Numbered from the stretch's first letter, positions 28,799-40,272 are shown. The stretch is 51,104 nt of DNA from Oscillospiraceae bacterium (GCA_015063525.1 SVTZ01000001.1:1-51104), one strand, 5' to 3'. Notes: generated by a model from the letters alone, not told the origin. Translations and numbers: made by a program.

Positions 28799-29547
28799 TT
28801 TACACGGTAATTTCTCATGACTTTGTCCGTAATATCGAGAGTGTGCATATTCCTATTTCTGCCGATAATTCTATAGTATGCTCTTCCCGATTATCAGAAA
28901 TTGACGGAAAATATAAAGAAGATAGGGACTGTCGCGTATTGCGGCAGCCCCTGCCCGATTTACCAAAGGATATTCAAGAATATATTAGCAGCACAAAAAA
29001 TGACGAAGTAAGAGCTGAACGCAGGCTCGCTTACATTACCCTTCTCTGCTCACTTTCTCTGTTTTTTGGAATTGATGACGTAGAAATCAACAGAGATAGT
29101 TTCGGTAAGCCCTTTATTAAGCATTCGGGAAACAAACAGATATTTATCAGCATATCTCACAGCGACGGTACTGTTGCTGTTAGTCTGTCGGATGAAGGAG
29201 ATATAGGCGTTGACCTTCAGACAGAGACCGATAAGAAACGAGCAGAAAAACTTGACGGACGTTTTCTTCAAGGATTTAAGACTGAAAATCAATTTATTCC
29301 TATCAGCTATTACCACTGTACTATCGAAAATGACCTCGTCTTCTTTATAGAAATTTTTCCTGCCGATGCTAAGGAGGAAGGCTTTACCGAAAGATGGTCT
29401 GCTCTTGAATCACTTCTGAAGCTTGACGGGGGCGGTTTTTCTAGTCTCTCAAAAATAAAAAAAATTAAAGATAGCGCAAAAACAAATATAAAAATACTTG
29501 ATCTTGATATCAAAAAATATTCATTATCTACATCTATAAAAAAATAA
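28795..29547 (+). CDS. 4'-phosphopantetheinyl transferase, Sfp-type
   Basis: FGKPF..ISISHSDG..GVDLQ and ERWSALESLLK (W-x-x-KE-x-x-K-like) motifs. It overlaps rnj by 4 nt. Confidence 0.7.
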   Translation: MIYTVISHDFVRNIESVHIPISADNSIVCSSRLSEIDGKYKEDRDCRVLRQPLPDLPKDIQEYISSTKNDEVRAERRLAYITLLCSLSLFFGIDDVEINRDSFGKPFIKHSGNKQIFISISHSDGTVAVSLSDEGDIGVDLQTETDKKRAEKLDGRFLQGFKTENQFIPISYYHCTIENDLVFFIEIFPADAKEEGFTERWSALESLLKLDGGGFSSLSKIKKIKDSAKTNIKILDLDIKKYSLSTSIKK

Positions 29548-29591
29548 AACGGATATAATGTACATAAATATTTACATTATACCCGTTTTTT
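29546..29591. terminator. Bidirectional terminator between convergent genes
   Basis: ACGGATATAATGTA-N10-TACATTATACCCGT (14 bp, one mismatch), with an A-run before and T6 after. Confidence 0.8.
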
Positions 29592-29592
29592 A

Positions 29593-30144
29593 TTAGAGAA
29601 TCATATTTATCAAGTTCAGTATTTCAGGAACCACAAGTGCTATGCAGACGTAGATAGAAATTAGAAATAAACAGAAAAGAATCGTGTTTAATACGGTGGG
29701 AGATTTTTGCTCTGCTATCTTTTTTGCCTCCTCAAGGCTTTCTTTTTTTATATATAGCTTTGCGTTATTAAAGTCGATTTTCTCGTCCTTAAAGCCTTTT
29801 TTCTTAATGAGAGCAGAATATTCTTCAAAAGTATATTCCTTTTTATCGCTGATCCCAATCATTCTTTCTATCCGTCCGGTTGAAAGAGCCACCTTTGCTC
29901 CGATGTCTTTTATATTAAGCTCGGCCAATGTTTTTGCACTCTCCTCATCTGTTGAGTTGTATCTTAGAAGCTTTTTGATAAGGCTTACGGTGCAGGCACG
30001 CTTATAATTCAGTACAATAGCGGCAATCATTACGCCAATACAGAAATAAAAAAGCAGCTTTGAAATTTCAAGATCAATGCCGATATTAGGGTAATCCTTT
30101 AGATTTACCGAGAAGTATTCTTCGTAAAAGTAGTAAAATCCCAT
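29593..30144 (-). CDS. Hypothetical membrane protein
   Basis: The start is set at ATG 30142..30144, preceded by GGAAGG. The protein has two or three TM helices around a soluble middle. Confidence 0.5.
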   Translation of the reverse strand: MGFYYFYEEYFSVNLKDYPNIGIDLEISKLLFYFCIGVMIAAIVLNYKRACTVSLIKKLLRYNSTDEESAKTLAELNIKDIGAKVALSTGRIERMIGISDKKEYTFEEYSALIKKKGFKDEKIDFNNAKLYIKKESLEEAKKIAEQKSPTVLNTILFCLFLISIYVCIALVVPEILNLINMIL

Positions 30145-30235
30145 AAAAACCTTCCGTTTCAGTTTTATATACACAATATACCATAATATAATTAAATAAT
30201 TATAAATAAATTATTAATAATTGATTACGAATAAA

Positions 30236-30277
30236 TAAAAAAACACACGAAAAGCTTAAATTTCTTCTTCGTGTGTC
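30236..30277 (-). terminator. Rho-independent terminator after parB
   Basis: On the minus strand: ACACACGAA..TTCGTGTGT hairpin followed by a T-run. Confidence 0.7.
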
Positions 30278-30347
30278 TTTTACTATTTATAATTATTTAT
30301 TTATACGATGTATGGAATATTATTACGTTATCTCTATCGAGGGGCGA

Positions 30348-31241
30348 TTACATTTGATCAAGGAAATCCTTACCACAGAGAAGACTAAGTATTTCGTCAA
30401 GATCCTCGTTGTCCTCATAAGAAAGAGTAATAGTTTTCTTTCTTCCCTTCCCTTCAATCTTTACCTTACGGCCAAGGTGGGTCTGAACCTTCAGTTCAAG
30501 CTCGCGGAAGTAATCCACCAAGGGGAGAGGCTCATCTTCTTCTACCTTCGGCTTTGTCGGCTTATTAATAAGCTTAACCATTTCTTCAAGAGCTCTTACG
30601 GAAAGGTCCTCTTCAACCGCCTTTTGAGCGAGAAGGATCATATTATCTTTGTCCTGTACGCCGAGAAGAGTGCGTGCGTGGCCTGCGCTAAGCTCTCTTG
30701 AGGCTACAAGAGTAAGAATTTCGTCGGGTAGATCTAGAAGACGGACGGTGTTTGCAATTGCGCTTCTGCTTTTGCCTACTTTACTTGAAAGCTCTTCTTG
30801 AGTCATATCGTACTCCTCAGCGAGCGACTTGTATGCCATAGCTTCTTCAAGAGGATTAAGATCCTCACGTTGAATATTTTCTATAAGAGCGATCTGCGCG
30901 GCTCTTTTATCATCTCTTTCGAGAACGATAGCGGGAATGTCGGTAAGTCCTGCAAGCTTTGATGCTCTGAAGCGGCGCTCACCGGCGATGATCTGATATC
31001 TACCCTCACCGTATTCACGTACGAGAATAGGCTGAAGAAGGCCGTTTTCAGCTATAGAGGATGCAAGCTGCTCAAGAGCTTCCTTATCAAAGTATTTTCT
31101 GGGCTGATCGCGCTTAGGATCAACCAGAGATATTTTTAGCTTTGAGATTTTGTCCTCGCTGTGAGAGGATTCCTCTGCAAGAGAGTTGTCAAGGAATATC
31201 GCGTCAAGACCTCTGCCAAGACCGCTGTTTTTCTTTGCCAT
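30348..31241 (-). CDS. parB: Chromosome partitioning protein ParB/Spo0J
   Basis: GLGRGLDAI, GERRFRAS (ParB box) and an HTH region, 297 aa. Confidence 0.93.
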   Translation of the reverse strand: MAKKNSGLGRGLDAIFLDNSLAEESSHSEDKISKLKISLVDPKRDQPRKYFDKEALEQLASSIAENGLLQPILVREYGEGRYQIIAGERRFRASKLAGLTDIPAIVLERDDKRAAQIALIENIQREDLNPLEEAMAYKSLAEEYDMTQEELSSKVGKSRSAIANTVRLLDLPDEILTLVASRELSAGHARTLLGVQDKDNMILLAQKAVEEDLSVRALEEMVKLINKPTKPKVEEDEPLPLVDYFRELELKVQTHLGRKVKIEGKGRKKTITLSYEDNEDLDEILSLLCGKDFLDQM

Positions 31242-31394
31242 ATATGTAACTCCTTTGTTTTTGTGAGATGATTTTTAATATGATGTTGAAAAGTTATCGT
31301 CAAATAATAATAAAGGCGAAATACATTGATAAATAAGGGGATTTTACACTAAGAAAAAGACAAATTCATAAAAATAACACAGTAAAACAACAAC

Positions 31395-31428
31395 TTTTCC
31401 ACAATATAAACATTATTAATGTGGAAAA
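31395..31428. promoter_or_regulatory. Inverted pair of DnaA boxes in the parA-parB spacer
   Basis: TTTTCCACA (31395..31403) and TGTGGAAAA (31420..31428) separated by 16 nt. The same TTTTCCACAAT 11-mer occurs in oriC. Confidence 0.55.
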
Positions 31429-31522
31429 CTTTATGTAATTAAATGGTAAAATATACCAATATTTGTCAAACAATGTAAATACTCAGTTTAATTAATTACT
31501 TATGACAAAAAGATAAACCGTA

Positions 31523-32284
31523 TTATATACGAAGCATAAGTTCCTTTGCAACCGCAGCATACTCAAGAGAGCCCTTGCCGTAAGGATCATGATAGCAGAT
31601 AGGCTCACCGTAACCCGGAGCTTCTGAAATTCTTACAGTTCTTGAAATCGGAACCTTGAAAAGCTTGTCCGCATAATATTTTTTAAGCTCTGCAACAACC
31701 TGACCTGTCAATGTAAGTCGTCCGTTATACATTGTAAGTAATATTCCAACTACCTGGAGACCGGGATTGTATAAATTTTTAATCTTTTTTACAGTATTTA
31801 ATAGCTGTGACATACCTTCAAGCGAGTAAAATTCGCATTGCATCGGGATTACTACGCCATCAGAAACCGAAAGAGCTTTAACTGTAAGCATACCAAGGGA
31901 GGGGGGACAATCAATAAAGATATAGTCATAATCATTTTTAATAGAATCAAGAGCAAGTTTTGTGAAATTTAAGGTCTCATCAAGCTCTTGAAGTTCAATT
32001 TCAGCACCTGCAAGCTCAATATTCGCAGGCACGACTGACAAATTTTTAAATCTTGTCTTAATAATAGCGTCTGAAATATCACATCTGCCAATAATCACAT
32101 CATAAGTGGTATTTTTAATCTTTGACTTTTGTAATCCAAGCCCGCTTGTAGCATTTCCCTGTGGATCCATATCAATCATAAGTACTTTTTTACCTTTATT
32201 TGCAATTTGTGCAGAAATATTTACACAGGACGTAGTTTTTCCAACTCCGCCTTTTTGATTCGAAAAGGATACAACCTTGGCCAT
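31523..32284 (-). CDS. parA: Chromosome partitioning ATPase ParA/Soj
   Basis: Deviant Walker A (NQKGGVGKTT), 253 aa. Confidence 0.93.
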   Translation of the reverse strand: MAKVVSFSNQKGGVGKTTSCVNISAQIANKGKKVLMIDMDPQGNATSGLGLQKSKIKNTTYDVIIGRCDISDAIIKTRFKNLSVVPANIELAGAEIELQELDETLNFTKLALDSIKNDYDYIFIDCPPSLGMLTVKALSVSDGVVIPMQCEFYSLEGMSQLLNTVKKIKNLYNPGLQVVGILLTMYNGRLTLTGQVVAELKKYYADKLFKVPISRTVRISEAPGYGEPICYHDPYGKGSLEYAAVAKELMLRI

Positions 32285-32428
32285 TTTTTCCTCCGTTATC
32301 TATGAAAATTCTAGAATATAATTAAAACTAGATTTAGTTTTTATTACTTAGAATATTATTATTACATATACATTATACTATAAATAGGCCTTTTTGTCAA
32401 TGTTTTTACCTATTTTTAAATATTTTAT

Positions 32429-32444
32429 TGTTTCACGTGAAACA
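32429..32444. promoter_or_regulatory. parS site 1
   Basis: TGTTTCACGTGAAACA, a perfect match to the Firmicute parS consensus TGTTNCACGTGAAACA. Confidence 0.9.
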
Positions 32445-32474
32445 TCTTGATTTGTAGAAAAATATTAGCTCAAA

Positions 32475-32490
32475 TGTTTCACGTGAAACA
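32475..32490. promoter_or_regulatory. parS site 2
   Basis: TGTTTCACGTGAAACA, perfect palindrome. Confidence 0.9.
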
Positions 32491-32510
32491 ATAAAAATAT
32501 ACTACAATAA

Positions 32511-32526
32511 TGTTTCACGTGAAACA
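32511..32526. promoter_or_regulatory. parS site 3
   Basis: TGTTTCACGTGAAACA, perfect palindrome. Confidence 0.9.
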
Positions 32527-32578
32527 CTGTAATTTATCTATTCTAAGTACGATTAATTAAAATGTTTATAGTTATTTA

Positions 32579-32607
32579 TTGACAACAACCTTTATATGGT
32601 GTATAAT
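32579..32607 (+). promoter_or_regulatory. Consensus sigma-A promoter of the histidine phosphatase gene
   Basis: TTGACA, exactly 17 nt, TATAAT. Confidence 0.7.
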
Positions 32608-32641
32608 GTATCAGTAAAATCACTTAAATGGAAGCAAATCA

Positions 32642-33295
32642 ATGAATAAACAAACTAAAATTATACTTATACGCCACGGACAGAGCATTGGGAACGCTAC
32701 AAGAACGATATTAGGTCATACTGACCTTGATCTTTCAGAGCATGGATACATTCAGGCTCAAGCTACTGCAAATTATCTTAAAGAGGAAAAAATAGATAAA
32801 ATTTATTCAAGTGATCTTAAAAGAGCTATCAATACAGCAATTCCGCATGCAGAAATACGTAATATTAATATTGTTACAAACAAAAACCTTCGTGAACTGT
32901 ATGTAGGTGCATGGGAAAATATGAAAGTTGATGATATCATATTAAAATGGGGCAGGGAAGCATATGAAAAGTGGATTGACAGTTTTGGCACCTTTACATT
33001 CCCAAACGGAGAGTCGGTATGTGACGGTGGTCAACGCTTTTATAAGGAAGTTTTATCTATTTCTAATGAAAATCTAGGTAAAACTATACTTATTTCTGCC
33101 CACGCAGCAGTAATCAGATCTTTCTGGGCAATAATTTCTGGTGTAGAATGGTCTCAGGTTGCTAATAATTTACCTTTTCCAAGTAACGCATCATATTCTA
33201 TTGCATATTCCAATGGTAAAACCATTAATCCTGATATTTATTCTTGCGATGATCATTTGATCGATGTGGGCATTACAAAAGTAAAATTGATTTAA
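32642..33295 (+). CDS. Histidine phosphatase family protein (phosphoglycerate mutase-like)
   Basis: The RHGQS..N catalytic motif at the N-terminus and a later SAHAAVIR histidine motif. Confidence 0.85.
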   Translation: MNKQTKIILIRHGQSIGNATRTILGHTDLDLSEHGYIQAQATANYLKEEKIDKIYSSDLKRAINTAIPHAEIRNINIVTNKNLRELYVGAWENMKVDDIILKWGREAYEKWIDSFGTFTFPNGESVCDGGQRFYKEVLSISNENLGKTILISAHAAVIRSFWAIISGVEWSQVANNLPFPSNASYSIAYSNGKTINPDIYSCDDHLIDVGITKVKLI

Positions 33296-33347
33296 TATAT
33301 AGAAATCTTAAAGATAATATACAAAATAATATAAAATGTAAAATAAA

Positions 33348-33412
33348 ACCGATAATTTAATCTTTGCTCCAATGAAATAGGGAATAAAGATAATAATTAT
33401 CGGTTATTTTTT
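33348..33412. terminator. Long imperfect hairpin, bidirectional terminator between the phosphatase gene and dnaJ
   Basis: ACCGATAATT..AATTATCGGT outer stem with inner partial pairing. T-runs follow on both strands. Confidence 0.6.
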
Positions 33413-33463
33413 ATTTAATCAATGATTTAATTTGTCTGTAAAATTATGGTAAATGAAGTTATT

Positions 33464-34585
33464 TTACTTAAAGAACTTCTTAAAGGGACGTTGTTTTTTA
33501 TTGCTGCTTTCACCTATTGACTCAGCAAAGGCACGAAGAAGCTCCTTTTGCTTAGAATTGAGGTTTCTAGGCGTTTCGACTGCAACCTTAAAGATAAGAT
33601 CGCCCTTTCTCTTCGTGTTTATGTCCGGAATACCTTTATTTTTAAGGGTAAAATCTGTTCCGCTTTGCGTACCCTCGGGTATTTTGAACTTCTCGGTCTC
33701 GCCTCCAAGCACAGGTACATCAATTTCAGCGCCGAGAGTGGCCTCTGTGAAGCTTATAGGCACTTCACAGTAAATATTGTTACCCTGACGCTCAAAAATC
33801 TTATGCTCCTTGACTCGCACCTCGATAATCAGGTCACCGTTTGGACCGCCGTTTAGTCCTGCTGAACCTTGTCCGCGAAGAATAATGTTTTGTCTGTCAT
33901 CGATTCCTGAGGGAATATTGACCTCAAGTTTCTTATTAATTCTGATTCGACCTTTGCCGTTACAGTTTTTGCAAGGAGATTTGATAATTTTGCCTCGTCC
34001 TGCACATCTCTGACAGCTTCGTTGAGTCTGCATATAACCGAGCATGGTCTGCTGTCTTACGCTGACACGGCCGGTGCCGCGACATTCGGGGCACTTCTCG
34101 ATATCACCCTCGTGCTCAGCCCCGCTTCCGTGACAGTCAGAACATGTTTCAATACGAGCAAAATTAACTTCTTTTTTGCAACCAAAGGCCGCCTCTTCGA
34201 AGGTTACGTTGACTCTGGTCGCAACGTCGTCGCCCTCTCTCGGCATATTTGCTCTAGATTGGGTTGAACCTCCGCCAAAGAAGGATGAGAATATGTCACC
34301 GAAATCAAAGTCTGCGCCGCTAAAGCCTCCAAAGCCGCCTCCGCCTGAAGCCGGATCAAAAGCATTGTGTCCGAATCTGTCGTATTTTGAACGCTTATCA
34401 GAGTCTGAAAGAACTGCGTAAGCTTCGTTCACCTCTTTGAATCTTACCTCAGCTTCCTTGTCTCCGGGATTCATATCAGGATGATATTTCTTTGCAAGAG
34501 TACGGTAGGCTTTTTTTATCTCGTCCTCGCCGGCGCCCTTTTGCACACCGAGAACCTCATAATAATCTCTTTTATTTTCTGCCAT
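33464..34585 (-). CDS. dnaJ: Molecular chaperone DnaJ
   Basis: J-domain ([11 protein letters not shown]), G/F-rich region and four CxxCxGxG zinc motifs. The start is set at [10 protein letters not shown] rather than the upstream TTG of the track ORF. Confidence 0.95.
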   Translation of the reverse strand: MAENKRDYYEVLGVQKGAGEDEIKKAYRTLAKKYHPDMNPGDKEAEVRFKEVNEAYAVLSDSDKRSKYDRFGHNAFDPASGGGGFGGFSGADFDFGDIFSSFFGGGSTQSRANMPREGDDVATRVNVTFEEAAFGCKKEVNFARIETCSDCHGSGAEHEGDIEKCPECRGTGRVSVRQQTMLGYMQTQRSCQRCAGRGKIIKSPCKNCNGKGRIRINKKLEVNIPSGIDDRQNIILRGQGSAGLNGGPNGDLIIEVRVKEHKIFERQGNNIYCEVPISFTEATLGAEIDVPVLGGETEKFKIPEGTQSGTDFTLKNKGIPDINTKRKGDLIFKVAVETPRNLNSKQKELLRAFAESIGESSNKKQRPFKKFFK

Positions 34586-34674
34586 TGTTATACCTTTTTT
34601 ATCGATTTTTATACTCAAATGTAAATAAAGGTTTACAAATCAGTCTATTTTTTATAGTTACAATAAAGATTATT

Positions 34675-34700
34675 TAGGGCGAGCCCGAAAGTTCGCCCTA
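34675..34700 (-). other. Intercistronic dnaK-dnaJ hairpin
   Basis: TAGGGCGA-N10-TCGCCCTA with no strong U-tract. It could be a partial terminator or a stabiliser. Confidence 0.5.
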
Positions 34701-34716
34701 GTATTTTCAGCCATAA

Positions 34717-36576
<1,860 letters not shown>

Positions 36577-36610
36577 TTATTATTTGTAAAGGTTAGTTAG
36601 CAAATATCTC

Positions 36611-37141
36611 TTAATTTGCGGTTTTTACCATAGCAAAACGAATTATGTGCTTACCTTTTTTGTATCCCTTCTGGAATACCTCAACGATCTCACCTTCGCC
36701 CAGTGCTTCATCCTCAATGTGAAATACCGCGTTATGGATATTTGGGTCAAAGGTCTCTCCAACCTTGCCGAATTCCTCAACGCCAAGTTTTTCGAAAACG
36801 CTGACGGTTGTCTTTGCTGTGAGAATAAGTCCTTCAATAACCTTATCGCCATCGGCATAGCCTGCCGCGCGATCAAGATTGTCGATGATAGGAAGAAGCT
36901 CTCTTACCGTGTCGGCCATTGCCGTCTCATAGATTGCATCCTTTTCCTCTCTCGAACGGCGTCTGAAGTTGTCGTACTCTGCCGCCATACGAAGATATTT
37001 ATCCTCCATTACAGCGATAGATGCCTTGAGCTCCTCGATTTCCGCAAGCAGCTTTTTGTCCTGTTTGAAGATCTTCTTTTCTTTCTTATCCTGCGTTACC
37101 GCCTCCTCAGCGGTCTCGGGAATATTCTTGTTTTCTTCCAT
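36611..37141 (-). CDS. grpE: Nucleotide exchange factor GrpE
   Basis: Coiled N-terminus, an RR.REE motif and a C-terminal beta domain. It sits between hrcA and dnaK. Confidence 0.93.
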   Translation of the reverse strand: MEENKNIPETAEEAVTQDKKEKKIFKQDKKLLAEIEELKASIAVMEDKYLRMAAEYDNFRRRSREEKDAIYETAMADTVRELLPIIDNLDRAAGYADGDKVIEGLILTAKTTVSVFEKLGVEEFGKVGETFDPNIHNAVFHIEDEALGEGEIVEVFQKGYKKGKHIIRFAMVKTAN

Positions 37142-37159
37142 TAAAAATATCCTTTCGAA

Positions 37160-38230
37160 TTAAAAGTCATTTTCATCATGTCCCGGTGGCAGCGCCGTCT
37201 CGCCAAATATGCGGTCAATGCCGCTTGCAAGCCCGTTAAGCATCTCAATAACCTTGGAATAATTCATTCGTTTAGGTCCGATAACGCCTACGGCCAGCTG
37301 TTTTCCACCTATATTTAAATTTTTGAATATAAGTGCTGTGTTTCTCATAGCGTCGGATTCATCCTCTGTTCCGATATAAACGTGAATATCGCTGCCATCG
37401 GAGGTCTCGCGGGAGATAACGTCGAGGAATTTCTCCTTTTCCTCAAGCATTCCCATAAGATTTCTGAAGTCGGATATGTCAGAATACTCGGGATATTTAA
37501 GGAGTTTGGTTATTCCCTCGAGCTTCACATCTGCCGTGTCAAGCTCGTTCATCGTCTCGTAAATCGCCTTTACAGAGGGATGTACCATAGCGCCCGCCGA
37601 TCCCATAATTGCTTCGAGCTTCATAATCGTGGGCATCGTTATGCTGTCGCTGGTCTGATTAATGATATATATATTTAGCGCCTCGGTGAACCTACGCAGG
37701 GTGTCTTCGGTAAGAGTAAAGGGCAGGTGTATTGTCTTAGTCTTGACAATATCACCTTCAAATGTCATTACCAAAAGGAAATCTCTCTGCGAAAGGAGAA
37801 CGCTCTTGAACTGAACAATTCTTACCTTTGTGCTTCCCGGCTTAAAGGCTATTCCGGTGTAATCCGTGAAGGAGGATGCAAGCCTTGAGACCTCAGCCAG
37901 TATCTCGTCCATCTCGGTAAGCTTGTAACGCAGGGTTTCGTTTATCTCATCTATCTCCGATCTTGTGTCGGCGTACTGACGAACAAGCGCGTCAACGTAG
38001 TATCTGTAACCAAGCTCGGAGGGAACGCGTCCCGCTGAGGTATGAGGCTGAAGCAGATAACCCATTTCCTCAAGCTCAGCCATCTCGTTACGAATCGTGG
38101 CAGGGGAGCAGGAGATCTTTACATCCTGAGAGAGATATTTTGAGCCGACCGGCTCACCGCCTGCAATATGAGCGTCAACTATTGCTTTAAGTATTTGCAT
38201 TTTTCGCGGTGTAAGTCGTGAATCGTCCAT
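37160..38230 (-). CDS. hrcA: Heat-inducible transcription repressor HrcA
   Basis: N-terminal winged helix (R...IL..IV..)(PVGS); first gene of the dnaK operon; a CIRCE element lies upstream. Confidence 0.93.
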   Translation of the reverse strand: MDDSRLTPRKMQILKAIVDAHIAGGEPVGSKYLSQDVKISCSPATIRNEMAELEEMGYLLQPHTSAGRVPSELGYRYYVDALVRQYADTRSEIDEINETLRYKLTEMDEILAEVSRLASSFTDYTGIAFKPGSTKVRIVQFKSVLLSQRDFLLVMTFEGDIVKTKTIHLPFTLTEDTLRRFTEALNIYIINQTSDSITMPTIMKLEAIMGSAGAMVHPSVKAIYETMNELDTADVKLEGITKLLKYPEYSDISDFRNLMGMLEEKEKFLDVISRETSDGSDIHVYIGTEDESDAMRNTALIFKNLNIGGKQLAVGVIGPKRMNYSKVIEMLNGLASGIDRIFGETALPPGHDENDF

Positions 38231-38255
38231 GCGTTTACCTCTTTCTACTCGAATT

Positions 38256-38282
38256 TTAGCACTTGAAGTATCAGAGTGCTAA
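38256..38282 (-). promoter_or_regulatory. CIRCE operator (HrcA binding site)
   Basis: TTAGCACTT-N9-GAGTGCTAA against the consensus TTAGCACTC-N9-GAGTGCTAA. It lies just downstream of the predicted -10. Confidence 0.92.
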
Positions 38283-38295
38283 CAAAAGCATATAT

Positions 38296-38324
38296 ACTAT
38301 ACCCGATTTTTGGGTCTAAGTCAA
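38296..38324 (-). promoter_or_regulatory. Sigma-A promoter of the hrcA-grpE-dnaK-dnaJ operon
   Basis: On the minus strand: TTGACT, 17 nt, TATAGT. Confidence 0.7.
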
Positions 38325-38502
38325 GAACTTTTATTGATTATTTTATGAACTTTTTGTTAACATTCGGCAAAAGTGAAGGTTAAGTGCTAAAATGAGATAC
38401 AAACATCAACCGTAAGTAAGAAAAAATAGCCGATTTTTTGAGGTTTATTATCTTTATCTACTTAAATTTTACGCAACAAAAGCAGTTTTAATAAATTTTT
38501 CC

Positions 38503-38531
38503 TTGACTTTACTAAAAATATATTATATAAT
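38503..38531 (+). promoter_or_regulatory. Sigma-A promoter of rny
   Basis: TTGACT, exactly 17 nt, TATAAT. Confidence 0.65.
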
Positions 38532-38630
38532 AATATCTGTATGAGTGTGCTTGTACGCAGGCGTGCCATATTTAAAAAATTAATCTTACGAGATATAGAT
38601 TACAAAAAAGTAATCAGAAGGAGGTGCAAA

Positions 38631-40178
38631 TTGGAAATAAATCTCATACTTGCAATAGTTTTGATGATTGTCGCTCTCGCTTCCGGTGTAGCGATTGGAT
38701 TTATTCTTCGCAAGGCTTCCGCTGAGAAAAAGATCGGATCTGCTGAAGAGCAGGCTAAGAAGATCCTCGAGGATGCTATTAAGAATGCAGAAAACGCAAA
38801 GAAAGAGTCTATAATTTCCGCAAAGGAAGAAATCTTCCAGCTTAAGAAGGAATCTGACAAAGAGATCAACGAGCGTCGTAAGGAAGTAAACCGTCAGGAG
38901 CATCGTATTGCTCAAAAGGAAGAAGCCCTTGACGCGAAGCTTGATAAGATCGAGAAAAAGGAGGCAAATCTTGCTCAAAAGCTTGCTGATGCCGACAAGA
39001 TCAAGGAAGAGGTAAGCAAGACCCTTCAAGGGCAGCTTGCAATGCTTGAAAAAATCGCAGGTCTTACCAGCGAGGAGGCTAAGGCAGAGCTTGTACATCG
39101 CCTTGACTCCGAGATGCAGCACGAAACAGCCCTTAAGATCGCAGAATACGAGGAGAAGTTTAAGGACGAGGCAGACACTAAGGCTAAGGACATTCTCTCC
39201 CTCGCAATTCAGCGCTTCGCTGCAGACCACGTCAGCGAGATCGCTATCTCTGTCGTTCAGATCCCCGGCGATGAGATGAAGGGTAGGATCATCGGTAGAG
39301 AGGGTAGAAATATCCGTACTATCGAGAATCTTACCGGTGTTGAGCTTATTATTGACGATACTCCCGACGTTATCACCGTTTCAGGCTTTGATCCTGTCAG
39401 ACGTGAGATCGCCCGTATCGCTCTTGAGAAGCTTATCAGCGACGGCCGTATCCATCCCGCAAGAATTGAGGAGATGGTTGAGAAGGCGCGACGCGACGTT
39501 GATATTGAGATCAAAAAGGCCGGCGAGAAGGCTATCTTCGAGACCGGAGTTCACGGACTACATCCCGAGCTTATTAAGCTGCTCGGCCGTATGAAGTACC
39601 GTACCTCTTACGGTCAGAACGCGCTTCGTCACTCCATTGAGGTTTCGATGCTGGCAGGCGTTATGGCTGAAGAGATGGGCGTTGACGTAACTCAGGCCCG
39701 CAGAGCAGGTCTTCTCCACGATATTGGTAAGGCTATGACCGCCGAGGTTGACGGCTCTCACGTTCAGCTCGGTGTTGAGATCGCTACTAAATACCGCGAG
39801 AACAAGGATATTATACACGCTATCGAGGCTCATCATAACGATGTTGAGCCTAAGAGTGCCCTTGATTTCATCATTCAGGCAGCAGACGCTATCAGCGCGG
39901 CACGTCCCGGCGCGCGTCGCGAGGACGTTGAGAACTACATCAAGAGACTTCAGAAGCTTGAGGAGGTTGCAGGCGACTTCGACGGCGTTGAAAAGACTTT
40001 TGCAATTCAGGCAGGCCGTGAGGTCAGAATTATGGTTAAGCCCGAGGTTGTCTCCGACGACAAGATGAAGATCCTTGCAAGAGATATTGCCAAGAAGATC
40101 GAAAGCGAGCTTGATTATCCCGGACAGATTAAGGTTAGTGTCATAAGAGAATCAAGACACGTCGATTACGCTAAATAA
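38631..40178 (+). CDS. rny: Ribonuclease Y
   Basis: N-terminal TM, coiled-coil, KH domain (GREGRNIR) and HD domain (LLHDIGK). The start is set at TTG 38631, 6 nt after AGGAGG; the track ORF's 30-codon extension lacks an RBS. Confidence 0.93.
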   Translation: MEINLILAIVLMIVALASGVAIGFILRKASAEKKIGSAEEQAKKILEDAIKNAENAKKESIISAKEEIFQLKKESDKEINERRKEVNRQEHRIAQKEEALDAKLDKIEKKEANLAQKLADADKIKEEVSKTLQGQLAMLEKIAGLTSEEAKAELVHRLDSEMQHETALKIAEYEEKFKDEADTKAKDILSLAIQRFAADHVSEIAISVVQIPGDEMKGRIIGREGRNIRTIENLTGVELIIDDTPDVITVSGFDPVRREIARIALEKLISDGRIHPARIEEMVEKARRDVDIEIKKAGEKAIFETGVHGLHPELIKLLGRMKYRTSYGQNALRHSIEVSMLAGVMAEEMGVDVTQARRAGLLHDIGKAMTAEVDGSHVQLGVEIATKYRENKDIIHAIEAHHNDVEPKSALDFIIQAADAISAARPGARREDVENYIKRLQKLEEVAGDFDGVEKTFAIQAGREVRIMVKPEVVSDDKMKILARDIAKKIESELDYPGQIKVSVIRESRHVDYAK

Positions 40179-40243
40179 CAAAAAAATTCTCAAAATTTAA
40201 GTTATAATTTCGCAAAGTTATTATAACACAAATTTCATAAAAA

Positions 40244-40272
40244 AGGGGCTTTCACAAAGCGTGATAGCCCCT
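40244..40272. other. Strong hairpin between rny and ymdB, flanked by A-runs on the plus strand
   Basis: AGGGGCT-T-TCAC-AAAGC-GTGA-T-AGCCCCT. There is no U-tract in the sense orientation; T6 runs flank it on the minus strand. Confidence 0.5.

Noticed and set aside
30273-30701. 142-aa plus-strand ORF overlapping the 3' end of parB
   Set aside because: It is antisense to a well-supported ParB gene, starts in the terminator/AT-rich spacer and has no supporting signals.
38541-38630. 30-codon N-terminal extension of the rny ORF in the six-frame track, with similar extensions on dnaJ (34586..34618), dnaK (36544..36561), maf, the MFS gene, the ATPase and the lipoprotein
   Set aside because: In each case an internal start with a good Shine-Dalgarno sequence reproduces the canonical N-terminus of the family. 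The extensions lack an RBS.
40244-40272. Strong hairpin between rny and ymdB considered as the rny terminator
   Set aside because: The stem is followed by an A-run, not a U-run, in the sense orientation. rny-ymdB co-transcription is the usual arrangement. I keep it only as an intercistronic structure of unknown role.
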